Made by a program: the position numbers and the translations under genes | Shown: in pieces, positions 10,455 through 19,525 of the stretch | How positions within the stretch are numbered: the stretch's first letter is position 1 | Layout: every line of letters starts with the position of its first letter | Notes under the pieces: model-generated | Told to the model about the DNA's origin: nothing | Databases searched by the model: none | The model's input: the letters and a program-made list of their open reading frames with translations, nothing else | Source of the DNA: an uncultured Clostridia bacterium | GTDB lineage: Bacteria; Bacillota; Clostridia; Christensenellales; UBA1242 | DNA: 61,763 nt | Reading direction: 5' to 3' | NCBI GenBank assembly: GCA_947595235.1 | Contig: CANQEP010000002.1 | Span: forward strand, 1 to 61,763

Positions 10455-11162
10455 ATGGACTATGATGTAGTGCGTGGCAAAGGGGACTTTGTGTTTTTTC
10501 TTCATGGGTGGGGCGGTGACAAAAACGCCTTTAAACTGGCCAATGGGCATCTTGAAAATAACCTTGTGTTCGTTTCTATGCCGGGATTTGGCGAAAGCGC
10601 ACCGCCCGAGCGTGCATACTCAATTTTTGACTATGCAAGAGAGGTGAAAGAACTCATTGTCAGCCTTGCGAAGGGGAAAAAGTCAACAATTGTTTGCCAC
10701 TCATTTGGAGCACGGGTGGCAAGCATTATTGCAAGTGAGTGCCCTAAGCTTATAAAGTCACTTGTAATAGTTGATGGCGCGGGACTTCGACCAAGGTTTT
10801 CACTTAAGAAGTTCATTGCAAAAAAGAAATATAAGAGGCTGAAAAGGTTGGTCAGACTTGGCAAAAGAGACGAGAGCAAACTTGACGGTTACGGCTCAGC
10901 GGACTACAAGGCGCTAAGTGGCGTTATGAAAGAGACTTTTGTTAAGGTTGTCAATGAGTCGTTATGCGCCTTCTACAAAAAAATACGAGTGCCCACTCTC
11001 ATTCTTTGGGGCGAAAAGGACAAGGAGACTCCACTATATATGGCAAAGAAGATGAAACGCCTCATAAAGGGCTCAGAACTTTTTATCATAAAGGGTGCGG
11101 GGCACTTTTCGTACCTTGAAAGACCGGATATTTTTGTTTCGGCTTTAAAATGCTTTGTCTAA
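10455..11162 (+). CDS. Alpha/beta-fold hydrolase
   Basis: ATG at 10455 (MDYDVVRGKGDFVFFLHGWGGD). The nucleophile elbow is VCHSFGA and the C-terminal GAGHF carries the catalytic His. The 5' extension from 10287 overlaps rimI. Confidence 0.75.
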   Translation: MDYDVVRGKGDFVFFLHGWGGDKNAFKLANGHLENNLVFVSMPGFGESAPPERAYSIFDYAREVKELIVSLAKGKKSTIVCHSFGARVASIIASECPKLIKSLVIVDGAGLRPRFSLKKFIAKKKYKRLKRLVRLGKRDESKLDGYGSADYKALSGVMKETFVKVVNESLCAFYKKIRVPTLILWGEKDKETPLYMAKKMKRLIKGSELFIIKGAGHFSYLERPDIFVSALKCFV

Positions 11163-11167
11163 ATGTT

Positions 11168-11196
11168 TGATTTTTTGCTTTGTATAAGTTAAAATA
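11168..11196 (+). promoter_or_regulatory. Sigma-A type promoter upstream of the murF-like gene
   Basis: TTGATT, a 17-nt spacer, then TAAAAT. An AAGGAG RBS follows before the ATG at 11215. Confidence 0.45.
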
Positions 11197-11214
11197 TAGT
11201 TTAAGGAGTCGTTT

Positions 11215-12897
11215 ATGAATTTTAGACTACTTTTTTGTGCAAATGAACTTGCAGATATGCCTGCGCCTCTTGGGTTCGAGAACTGGCTGACATTTTGGAT
11301 GGTCATTGCCGTTTCTGTTACCAACACTATCTTGATGATTTTTGCGGGTTACAAGTTTTTGCAGGTCGTTCAACTCTCTTCATACAAGATGAGCGGATAT
11401 TGGCGCTGGATAAAAGAGACAAAGGGCTCTTGGTGGGGGAGACTTGTTGTTTTGTCGTTCCTCAGTTCCGCCGCCCTTCTTATCACAAATGTCTTGCTTG
11501 AAGACATCTTTGTCTATAAGATAATGACCTATCTTGGACTTGTCTTTTATCTTATATTTTGCATTGTCTATATCGTCAACCAATATTCAACGCCAACAAA
11601 GACCCCACTAAAGTACACCATGCGAATGACAAGAATGGTCGGTGTCTATGCCGTTTTGGTGTTCGTTTTGTCCATGGTGTTTTTGAACGTTTCGTTCTTG
11701 TATATTCCATACTTCAAGTATGGCGCAATCGGGCTCACACCTATATTCATTCCACTTCTTGTCTGCCTTGCATACTACATCACTTGGCCATTTGAGACCC
11801 TTCACAACAAGGCGTTTATTAAAAGGGCAAAAAAAGTGCTTTCCTCTCGCAAAGACCTCATAAAAATCGGCATCACGGGAAGTTATGCAAAGACTTCGGT
11901 CAAGAACATTTTGGCTACGCTTTTAAAAGAAAAGTATGAGGTTTTGGCAACTCCACACTCGTTTAACACTCCGCTTGGAATAAGCAAGACCGTTCTTGGC
12001 GACCTCAATAACAAGCACCAGATTTTTATTGCCGAAATGGGGGCGCGCTACCAAGGCGACATAAACGAACTTTGCAACATTGTTGACCCCGACATTGGTA
12101 TTATAACCGGCATTGGCAACCAGCACCTTTTGACATTTAGGTCAGAAGAAAACTTAATAAAGACCAAGGGCGAACTGAGAGACTACGTCGCGAAAAAAGG
12201 CGGAAAAATGTTCTTTAATGGCGACAACGAAAAGTGCAAAAAAATGTTTGAAGAAACAACTTGCGAAAAGGTACTTTCTTTGCCAAACGAGAAAAGCAAT
12301 CTCTATGCCGAGAGAGTAACCTATGACAAACTTGGGGTGAACTTCACGCTTGTTTTTGGCAGTGAAAAAAAGAGGGTTCACTCAACTTTACTTGGTCAGC
12401 ACAATGTTTCAAATATCATTTTGTGTGCAAACGTTTGCCTTTCGCTTGGCATGACGCTTGACGAAATCGCAAACGGCATAGAAAAAATCATCCCTTCGCC
12501 ACACAGACTTGCAATAATTCCATCCTCAAATTCACTCATTGTTATTGACGATGCATACAATGGAAGTGTGGAGGGGTCCAGGGCAGCACTTAAAGTTCTT
12601 GCGTCGTTTGAGGGAACAAAAGTTGTTATAACTCCCGGGCTGGTGGAACTGGGAAGTGAGCAGTACCAGTCGAACAAAACGCTCGGCAAACTTATTGCAG
12701 AAAGTGCCTCGTATGTCATCATCAACGGAACAACCAACTATGACGCGCTCTTTGAAGGACTTATCGAGGGGGGTATGCCCGAAGACAAGATTTTAAGGTC
12801 GGGAAGTTTGAAACAAGCCGTTTGGCAACTTAATGAAATAACTGGGCCCGGAGACGTTGTTCTTTTTGAAAACGACTTGCCCGACAACTACAGTTAG
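11215..12897 (+). CDS. murF: MurF-like Mur ligase (D-Ala-D-Ala adding enzyme family) with an N-terminal ~200-aa membrane domain
   Basis: 560 aa. Residues 1-200 carry about 5 hydrophobic helices. The Mur ligase core follows: GITGSYAKTS P-loop, IAEMGAR, DDAYNGS and TPGLVELG. The gene lies immediately upstream of ddl. Confidence 0.8.
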   Translation: MNFRLLFCANELADMPAPLGFENWLTFWMVIAVSVTNTILMIFAGYKFLQVVQLSSYKMSGYWRWIKETKGSWWGRLVVLSFLSSAALLITNVLLEDIFVYKIMTYLGLVFYLIFCIVYIVNQYSTPTKTPLKYTMRMTRMVGVYAVLVFVLSMVFLNVSFLYIPYFKYGAIGLTPIFIPLLVCLAYYITWPFETLHNKAFIKRAKKVLSSRKDLIKIGITGSYAKTSVKNILATLLKEKYEVLATPHSFNTPLGISKTVLGDLNNKHQIFIAEMGARYQGDINELCNIVDPDIGIITGIGNQHLLTFRSEENLIKTKGELRDYVAKKGGKMFFNGDNEKCKKMFEETTCEKVLSLPNEKSNLYAERVTYDKLGVNFTLVFGSEKKRVHSTLLGQHNVSNIILCANVCLSLGMTLDEIANGIEKIIPSPHRLAIIPSSNSLIVIDDAYNGSVEGSRAALKVLASFEGTKVVITPGLVELGSEQYQSNKTLGKLIAESASYVIINGTTNYDALFEGLIEGGMPEDKILRSGSLKQAVWQLNEITGPGDVVLFENDLPDNYS

Positions 12898-12932
12898 CCT
12901 AGTTTCCCCTCCACGCCAAACTTGGAGGTATT

Positions 12933-14066
12933 ATGAAAAACATCTTGGTTGTTTTTGGCGGGAAATCTTTTGAACACGACATATCAATAATCACCACTCT
13001 TTTGCTTGTGAACAGGTCTGAGGGCTCAAAATATAACTTTTTGCCCCTCTATATTAGCAGACAAAACGAGTGGTTTTTTGTTGACAAAAAACATCTTTGC
13101 GGTGACAACTTTAAAAATTTTGACGGAAAAAACGGCAAGTTTAAGCGCGCGTTTTTTGGCGAGAACAAGACCATTGTTGTGAGGGGCAAAATAACAAAAA
13201 CCACTTATCACTTTGACGCGGTCCTAAATTGTTGCCATGGTGGAATTGGAGAAAATGGCTCACTGACTGGACTTTTTTCTTGCCTTAATGTGCCAATATC
13301 ATCGTTTGGGCTGACGGGCATGGCGGTCTCTATGGACAAACTAGTTTCAAAATACGCCTTCAAGGGGATGAAACTCCCAGTAATTGACTTCACCTCATTC
13401 ACAAAAGACGAGGCAGAAAGAAATATTGAGGTTGTTATAAATCGCGCCGAGAAACTTGGATATCCACTGATTTTGAAGCCGTGCAATCTTGGAAGTAGCA
13501 TTGGAATAAGCATTGCAAAAAACAAAGAAGAGTTGATTGAGGCAATAAATGTTGCCATCAAATTTGACAAGACAATACTCGTTGAAAAGGCACTTTTGAA
13601 TTTTGAAGAGTACAACGTCGCTTGCATGAAATATCAAAAAGCAACGCTTGTCTCGGATGTTGACAAGCCAATTAAACATGACGAGATATTGTCGTTTAAA
13701 GACAAGTATATCGGCTCGGGCGAAAAGACCCAAAAGTCAAGAAAAATGAAAGGGGGCGCGTACCTTGAGAAGAAAGAGTTTGAAAAAATCGACAAAAAAC
13801 TAGAAGGGAAGTTGAAGTCGCTAGCAAAGACTGTATACGAAAAACTCGGGCTTGGCGGGGTTGCTAGGGTGGACTTTATTGTTTTTTGTGGCAAAATCTT
13901 TTTAAACGAGGTCAACACCGTTCCGGGGTCGCTCGGCTACTACTTTTTTTGCCCATCAGTCTTCAAAAATATTGGCGAGTTTCTTGATGCAATAATAGAC
14001 GAGAGCATAGCGCAAAAAAATGAGGAAGCAGATGTAGACAACAATCTTGTCACACGCTTGTTTTAG
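12933..14066 (+). CDS. ddl: D-alanine--D-alanine ligase
   Basis: 377 aa. The N-terminus reads VVFGGKSFEHDISI, followed by an ATP-grasp core and a C-terminal ARVDF...LNEVNTVPGS. Confidence 0.93.
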   Translation: MKNILVVFGGKSFEHDISIITTLLLVNRSEGSKYNFLPLYISRQNEWFFVDKKHLCGDNFKNFDGKNGKFKRAFFGENKTIVVRGKITKTTYHFDAVLNCCHGGIGENGSLTGLFSCLNVPISSFGLTGMAVSMDKLVSKYAFKGMKLPVIDFTSFTKDEAERNIEVVINRAEKLGYPLILKPCNLGSSIGISIAKNKEELIEAINVAIKFDKTILVEKALLNFEEYNVACMKYQKATLVSDVDKPIKHDEILSFKDKYIGSGEKTQKSRKMKGGAYLEKKEFEKIDKKLEGKLKSLAKTVYEKLGLGGVARVDFIVFCGKIFLNEVNTVPGSLGYYFFCPSVFKNIGEFLDAIIDESIAQKNEEADVDNNLVTRLF

Positions 14067-14979
14067 CGTACTCATTAGCAATTTTTGTGCACTCAGAGAC
14101 CAACGCAAGCCTTAGTTTTTCGGGCGAGACCACTCTGACTGAGTTGCCGCACTCCATGAGGCGGTGTACCAGCCCCAGCGAAAAACTGGCTTTTGACGAT
14201 ATCATGACCATGTCGCCCGAGGTTTTTATAACTCGTCCACCATCAAGCCACTCAAGAATGTCGCTTGCAATGTCGCTTTTGCACTCAAGATTTATGACAA
14301 TGTTTTCAAAACTTTTACTAAAGTCGTTGTTCCATGGCTTTTCAAGAAGGTTGATGTTTTTTCGCGTGAATTTCTCGTCAGTTGTGGCGAGATTTTTTAT
14401 TCGTGAAACCTTAAAGAGCCGAAATGAGCCACGCCTCAAGCAAAAGGCATAGACATACCATGCGCCCGCCTTGAAAACAAGGGTATATGGCTCTATTGTG
14501 CGAGGCTGCGCCATATAATCGATTTTCAGCCGTGTCTCACTGGATATTGCATCTTTGATGGTTTCAATTTTCGTGTTCTCTTTGGCGGTGGAGCCCCATG
14601 TTTGGGTGTCGATAACAAGTTCTTCGCTCTCTTTCAAAAGTAGATTTTTTAGATTTTTATCCTTGCAATTTTCAAGTTTTTCTTCAACAGAAAAGTCGTT
14701 TGAGCCAACAAGTTCTTTGCTGGACTTCAAAAATCCAAGTGACAGCGCCAACTCCTTCGTTGTTAAAAATGACGAGTAAAGAAGGCTGTCTTTGGCAAGT
14801 TCAAAGCCTCCATTTTTACCCGCAATACTGACAATTGGCATACCCGCCATAATGAGCGAGTCAATGCAGCGATAAATAGTCTTTACCGAGGTTTCATGCT
14901 TTTCGGCAAGGGCGGGAGCGGAGTATCTTTTGCCCGACAAAAGGTTGAGCATTATTGCAAGTGATATGTACTTTTTCAT
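14050..14979 (-). CDS. WYL-domain transcriptional regulator (YafY-like: wHTH-WYL-WCX)
   Basis: ATG at 14979 after a GGAGAAAAAA RBS. The N-terminal HTH reads YSAPALAEKHETSVKTIYRCIDSL. The WYL core reads RTIEPYTLVFKAGAWYVYAFCLRRGSFRLFKVSRI. The 3' end overlaps the ddl 3' end by 17 nt. Confidence 0.85.
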   Translation of the reverse strand: MKKYISLAIMLNLLSGKRYSAPALAEKHETSVKTIYRCIDSLIMAGMPIVSIAGKNGGFELAKDSLLYSSFLTTKELALSLGFLKSSKELVGSNDFSVEEKLENCKDKNLKNLLLKESEELVIDTQTWGSTAKENTKIETIKDAISSETRLKIDYMAQPRTIEPYTLVFKAGAWYVYAFCLRRGSFRLFKVSRIKNLATTDEKFTRKNINLLEKPWNNDFSKSFENIVINLECKSDIASDILEWLDGGRVIKTSGDMVMISSKASFSLGLVHRLMECGNSVRVVSPEKLRLALVSECTKIANEYAKTSV

Positions 14980-15174
14980 TTTTTTCTCCAAGGTTATTAT
15001 AACGCCAAACCTAAACATTTTGCAAGCGTTTATCGAACATTTGTTTGAAGTTTTTTATGCGGGCAATATTTGTTTTTTTGTGAGTTATTTTGAAAAAACT
15101 TGTTCAAAATGTTTTGATATAATACATTTATAGTTTATAATTACAATATTAAAGATGTGAGTTGGAGAGGGTTT

Positions 15175-15858
15175 ATGTTTGAATTTTTACAAACAACTGA
15201 AAAAAAGAGCGCGTTTAAAAAGGCATTAAACGAGATTACTCATGAAAAGCCTGAGCCAATTGTGTTCAGTGAAAAAAGGTCAGTTGAGGGCGCACCAAGG
15301 CGTTATTCAACAACAATAAAGAATCCACTAAGAAAGCCCGAAACAACTGCCGTTGACCTTAAAAACTTCAAGGATTGGCGTCAAGTTGACAAGGTTAAGA
15401 GCGACAATCCGGTCTATAAAAAGCCCGACCCAGCACCAGTTCCAAAGCCGGCTCCAGCGCCAAAAGCAAAGGACGACGACGAGGACGAGATTTTTGAAAG
15501 GTTCCCGGGCGGAAGAACGTTTGCAAAAGACAATCCGGTCACCACGGCAGAGGTCATTGACCGCTTTGCAGTCCTTCCAAAAGACGAACCACAAACCACC
15601 ACAAACAGAAAGGTTACTCTTCAAGAACTTGTCAACAGATTTCAATCTAGCCACAGCGAGGCTCCAAAGAAAGAGCCCGAAAAAGAAAAGCCCGCCGTCA
15701 AGGTTAAAGAAGAGCCAGTTGACAAGAACATCAAAGTTGAAATTGTTGACTTTTCTGACAAAAAACCAAAGGCAAAGACTCCGTCAAAGCGCAAGCCAAG
15801 AGGAAAGAGCAAAAAGCGTTTTGATGCAGACGTTATATCTTCTGTTGACTGGAAATAA
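15175..15858 (+). CDS. Hypothetical Lys/Pro/Glu-rich, probably disordered protein
   Basis: ATG at 15175 after a GGAGAGGG RBS. 227 aa with no TM helix. Low complexity, for example KKPDPAPVPKPAPAPKAKDDDEDE. No family was recognised. Confidence 0.5.
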   Translation: MFEFLQTTEKKSAFKKALNEITHEKPEPIVFSEKRSVEGAPRRYSTTIKNPLRKPETTAVDLKNFKDWRQVDKVKSDNPVYKKPDPAPVPKPAPAPKAKDDDEDEIFERFPGGRTFAKDNPVTTAEVIDRFAVLPKDEPQTTTNRKVTLQELVNRFQSSHSEAPKKEPEKEKPAVKVKEEPVDKNIKVEIVDFSDKKPKAKTPSKRKPRGKSKKRFDADVISSVDWK

Positions 15859-15869
15859 GAGGAAAAACT

Positions 15870-17504
15870 TTGAAATACTTTCTTTTGAAACTTAAAGATG
15901 TTGGACTGACCATGCTACCAATAGTTTTGGTGGTTTTGGTTTTGCATTTTGGTTTTGCGCATTTCTCCACGGGGCTACTTGTTAAGTTCTTACTTTCAAT
16001 ACTCATCATAACAATTGGTCAAATATTCTTTTTGACGGGAATTGATGGTTCAATAATGAAGATGGGCGACCTTGTTGGAACAAGCGTCAACAAGTTCTCA
16101 AAACTCATCGTCATTCTTTTTTTCGCATTCATCTTTGGACTTTTTGCAACAGTTGCCGAACCCGACCTCAACATCCTTTCAACTCAAGTTGTGTCATTAG
16201 GAATAATAAATATCAACAAGTTCCTCATGATTTTTATAATTGGGGCGGGAGTGGGCGCATTTGTTGCCTTTGCACTCTTCAGAATAATAAAAAACATCAA
16301 CTACAAGATTGTCATTGTCGGGGTCTTTGCAGTCATTTTCACAATTGCTGCATTTGTTCCCGACTCACTCATCGCTGTTGCGTTTGACTCGGCGGGGGCA
16401 ACAACGGGGATTGTCACTTCACCATTTCTTCTTGCACTCTCTTCGAACATTAACAAGAACAAAAACTCGGTTGATGATAGCGACAACTTTGGCGTTATAG
16501 GAATTGCCTCGCTCGGACCAGTCATTGCAATGCTTATCTTGTCGCTCATTTGCATGGGGAGGGGCACCACGCAAGAAGTTATTGCATCGGGGAGTTTGAA
16601 TGTCTTTTTGGACACACTTCTTGACACCACTCTTGCGATAATCCCTCTTGTTTTTGTGTTCTTCATCTTTGACATTCTTTTCCTTAAATTAAGTAAGAAG
16701 AAAAAACTCAGCCTCATTATTGGCAGTGCTGTGACATTCTTTGGGCTTTATCTGTTTTTGTTTGGCATCAACTATGGACTTCTTGAAATGGGCAAAGAAG
16801 TGGGAACTTTTCTTGCAAACAACTCACTTTTGATGACCATTGTTGTTCTTGTTATTGTGGGATTTTTGATTGCCTTTGCTGAGCCATCGGTCAGAGTTCT
16901 TGGCGCGCAAGTTGAAGACATAACAAAGGGCAACATTCGGCGTAGACTTGTCACTTTTGCAATTGCTATTGCCATGATGATTGCCGTTTCGCTGTCTATT
17001 CTTAAAATTTATTTTGACTTCTCAATTTGGTACATTATTGGCATCGGATACGGGCTAATACTTATCTTGTTGCCATTTTCTTCAACCACTTTCGTTGGCA
17101 TTGCCTTTGACAGCGGCGGAGTTGCGAGCGGTCCAATGAGCGCGGCGTTTGTTCTTCCAATAATGACGGGATTTGCCGCAAGTAATGGTGGCGCGGCAGA
17201 GGGCTTTGGACTCATTGCAATTGTTGCTCTTGTTCCAATTCTTGTTTTGGAAGTTCTTGGAATAGTCTACAAAATTAAGTTGTCTGCCGCATCTCAGAAG
17301 GCGTACAAAAAGGCTCTGCGAATTTCTTATGGCATTGATATGTACTCTAACATCGACTCTCTTGAAGAAGCATATAACAGGCGCAAGCAACTTGAAACCT
17401 TGAAAAACGAAGAGGTTGCAGAAAAAGAAGAGCGGGAACTTCTTGAAAAACAACTTGAGCAAATTAAGAAGTTGAGGGAGGAAGACAATGAAATTAAAGG
17501 TTAA
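15870..17504 (+). CDS. DUF1538-family integral membrane protein (duplicated domain)
   Basis: 544 aa with a TTG start after a GAGGAAAAAC RBS. It has more than 10 TM helices. Two homologous halves each contain ...AFDSAGATTG / AFDSGGVASGP. A coiled-coil tail is present. P-II-like genes follow, as is typical for DUF1538. Confidence 0.75.
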   Translation: MKYFLLKLKDVGLTMLPIVLVVLVLHFGFAHFSTGLLVKFLLSILIITIGQIFFLTGIDGSIMKMGDLVGTSVNKFSKLIVILFFAFIFGLFATVAEPDLNILSTQVVSLGIININKFLMIFIIGAGVGAFVAFALFRIIKNINYKIVIVGVFAVIFTIAAFVPDSLIAVAFDSAGATTGIVTSPFLLALSSNINKNKNSVDDSDNFGVIGIASLGPVIAMLILSLICMGRGTTQEVIASGSLNVFLDTLLDTTLAIIPLVFVFFIFDILFLKLSKKKKLSLIIGSAVTFFGLYLFLFGINYGLLEMGKEVGTFLANNSLLMTIVVLVIVGFLIAFAEPSVRVLGAQVEDITKGNIRRRLVTFAIAIAMMIAVSLSILKIYFDFSIWYIIGIGYGLILILLPFSSTTFVGIAFDSGGVASGPMSAAFVLPIMTGFAASNGGAAEGFGLIAIVALVPILVLEVLGIVYKIKLSAASQKAYKKALRISYGIDMYSNIDSLEEAYNRRKQLETLKNEEVAEKEERELLEKQLEQIKKLREEDNEIKG

Positions 17505-17868
17505 GCACAAACTAAAAACTCAACCAACACATAGACCCACTCTTAACGAAATCAACGAACTCACAATGTCAATCTTTATTATCAAGAGAAAACAAGAGGA
17601 AAAACTCGCAAGTCGCATACTTGAACTTGGTGGACAGATTTTGAGCATCATGCGTGGGATTGGCGTTTCAAGGTCTAGCGTTTTTGAAAGCCTCAAGGTG
17701 GGCACAGACGACTGCAGTGTGTTCTTTGTTATCTCTCGGGTTGAGGACGTGAGAGACATGATGCAGACCATTGCCGAAGAGTTCAGTCTTGCGGTTCCGG
17801 GAAACGGAAAAGGATTTTGTGTTGACATCGACGGCTACCTTGGTGCCAAGGCAATGTTTATTGAGTAA
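17488..17868 (+). CDS. P-II-like signal-transduction family protein
   Basis: 126 aa after a GGGAGGA RBS. The ferredoxin-like core reads FIIKRKQEEKLASRILELGG...VFFVISRVEDVRDMMQTIAEEF. It overlaps the DUF1538 gene by 17 nt. Confidence 0.65.
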   Translation: MKLKVKHKLKTQPTHRPTLNEINELTMSIFIIKRKQEEKLASRILELGGQILSIMRGIGVSRSSVFESLKVGTDDCSVFFVISRVEDVRDMMQTIAEEFSLAVPGNGKGFCVDIDGYLGAKAMFIE

Positions 17869-17878
17869 GGAGGAGTCT

Positions 17879-18289
17879 ATGGACATTTTTGATGAAGATA
17901 TTTTTGATGACGATTTATACAAACTTGTTGTTGCCATTGTTCAAAGGGGCTACAGCGATGAGGTGGTTTTTTCGGCAAAGGCAGCGGGAGCAAAAGGTGC
18001 TGTCATTTTGCAAGGCAAGGGTTCGGGCGACAGCGAAAGAAAGTTCTTTGGCTTTAAAATTGACCCCGAAAATGAAGTTATTTTGATACTTGTGAAAGAA
18101 GAAATTGTTGTTCCAATAATGAAGGCCATCTATGCCACGACCGACTATCAGTCCGCCGCAAGGGGAATGGTGTTTGTACTGCCAGTTTCTTATGTTACTG
18201 GCATGACCCACATTCGTAACACCGACGACGAACAGCCCGAAGAGGCGCAAGAAAAAGACAAGAAAAGCGATAAAGACAAAAAGGAATAG
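17879..18289 (+). CDS. P-II-like signal-transduction family protein
   Basis: ATG at 17879 after a TAAGGAGGAG RBS. YKLVVAIVQRGYSDEVVFSAKAAGAKGAVILQGKG...VILILVKEEIVVPIMKAI matches the P-II fold pattern. An acidic/lysine tail is present. Confidence 0.7.
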   Translation: MDIFDEDIFDDDLYKLVVAIVQRGYSDEVVFSAKAAGAKGAVILQGKGSGDSERKFFGFKIDPENEVILILVKEEIVVPIMKAIYATTDYQSAARGMVFVLPVSYVTGMTHIRNTDDEQPEEAQEKDKKSDKDKKE

Positions 18290-18310
18290 GCAAGCACCTA
18301 TTCCTTTTTT
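18278..18310. terminator. Bidirectional terminator shared by the P-II-like gene and murG
   Basis: Perfect inverted repeat AAAAGGAATAGG-caagca-CCTATTCCTTTT, with A/T runs on both sides. It overlaps both stop codons. Confidence 0.75.
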
Positions 18311-19356
18311 GAGTTTTTCAAAATTATTTCCATGATTTTCTCATTTGCGGGAGTGAAGTTTGCATCCTTCAAATTCTTCACAAGTTTTGGGCTGTCTTTT
18401 AATGTTTTTTCTATGTGAAAGAGAAGATTGTCGTTTTCAAGTTGCTGTTCAAAAACAAAGTTTGCGTAGCCCATTTTGTTGAAGTATTTTGCGTTATCAA
18501 CTTGGTCGCCTCTTGAATTACCCTTTGGAAGAGGAATGAGTAGCATTGGCTTTTTTAGTGCTCCAAGTTCAAAGATGGTGTTTGAGCCCGCCCTTGAAAC
18601 AACTATATCAGCCGATGCAAGGATGGGTCCCATGTCGCTCGCGAACTCAATTTGTTTGTAGTCACTTATATTTTTTAGGTGCGGGTCAAGGTTGTTTTTA
18701 CCAACAATGTGAATAACATAGAACTTGCTTGTAAGGGGCTTTATTTCGTTAAAGACCTTGCTGTTTATAAACCTTGAGCCAAGGCTCCCGCCCGTTACAA
18801 CAAGCACGGGCTTGCTAGTTACAATGCCAAGTTTTTTTCTTGCGTCGTCTTTGCTAATGAGTAACTCGCGTCTCATAGGCGAGCCCGTGAAAATTGCTTT
18901 TTTCTCGCGGTCGGCGGTGTCTGAAAAGGTGGTACAAATAACACTTGCTGAGCGCCTAGACAACTTGTTCGCCAGCCCCATATAAAGGTCGCTCTCGTGC
19001 GCAACGACGGGGACTTTCAGTCTTTTTGCCGCAATGACAACGGGCAAAGAAACAAATCCCCCCTTCGAAAAGACAACACTAGGCTTTTCTGCCTTTATTA
19101 TCCTTTTAGACTCGTGAATCCCACGAATTAGTTTGAAGGGTATCAAAAGATTTTTAAAGATTTTTCTTCGCACGAACTTGGTGGTTGTTATGGGGTAATA
19201 TGCAATGTCTTTTTGCGCCTCAATAATGGATTTTTCAATCCCGTTTTCACTGCCTATATAGACAATCCCGTCGTAGTTTTTTCGAAATAGGTCAAGCATC
19301 GCGATGTGGGGCATAACGTGACCCGCAGTTCCGCCACCCGTCAACAAAATCTTCAA
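18298..19356 (-). CDS. murG: UDP-GlcNAc:lipid I GlcNAc transferase MurG
   Basis: The G-loop reads KILLTGGGTAGHVMPHIA, with TGGSLGS further on. The likely start is the TTG at 19356, preceded by AAGGAG with a 7-nt spacer. The ATG at 19380 in the ORF track lacks an RBS. Confidence 0.9.
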   Translation of the reverse strand: MKILLTGGGTAGHVMPHIAMLDLFRKNYDGIVYIGSENGIEKSIIEAQKDIAYYPITTTKFVRRKIFKNLLIPFKLIRGIHESKRIIKAEKPSVVFSKGGFVSLPVVIAAKRLKVPVVAHESDLYMGLANKLSRRSASVICTTFSDTADREKKAIFTGSPMRRELLISKDDARKKLGIVTSKPVLVVTGGSLGSRFINSKVFNEIKPLTSKFYVIHIVGKNNLDPHLKNISDYKQIEFASDMGPILASADIVVSRAGSNTIFELGALKKPMLLIPLPKGNSRGDQVDNAKYFNKMGYANFVFEQQLENDNLLFHIEKTLKDSPKLVKNLKDANFTPANEKIMEIILKNSKKE

Positions 19357-19464
19357 TTTTTTTCTCCTTAATAATTCCATTGTTAGTTTATGAAAAAAGT
19401 GAGTTATTATGTAACATTTACCGAGAAAAACCCACCAAAGTGTGCAAATTTACTCGAATTTTGT

Positions 19465-19494
19465 TTGCCTCATTGGTTTGAAATTTGATATACT
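19465..19494 (+). promoter_or_regulatory. Candidate sigma-A promoter for the topoisomerase operon
   Basis: TTGCCT, an 18-nt spacer, then TGa-TATACT (extended -10). Confidence 0.35.
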
Positions 19495-19525
19495 AAAAAA
19501 GAAGAATTATTAAAGGAATTATATT

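Noticed and set aside
14050-14979. WYL regulator as a marker of a defence island.
   Set aside because: The neighbours are ddl, a disordered protein and a DUF1538/P-II module. No nuclease, helicase, cyclase, methylase or other defence-type genes are adjacent.
15353-15895. 180-aa alternative-frame ORF inside and overlapping the 15175-15858 gene.
   Set aside because: It is a same-strand shadow frame in low-complexity A/G-rich DNA, with an R/K/T/S-rich product and no RBS. The 15175 frame has a strong GGAGAGGG RBS.
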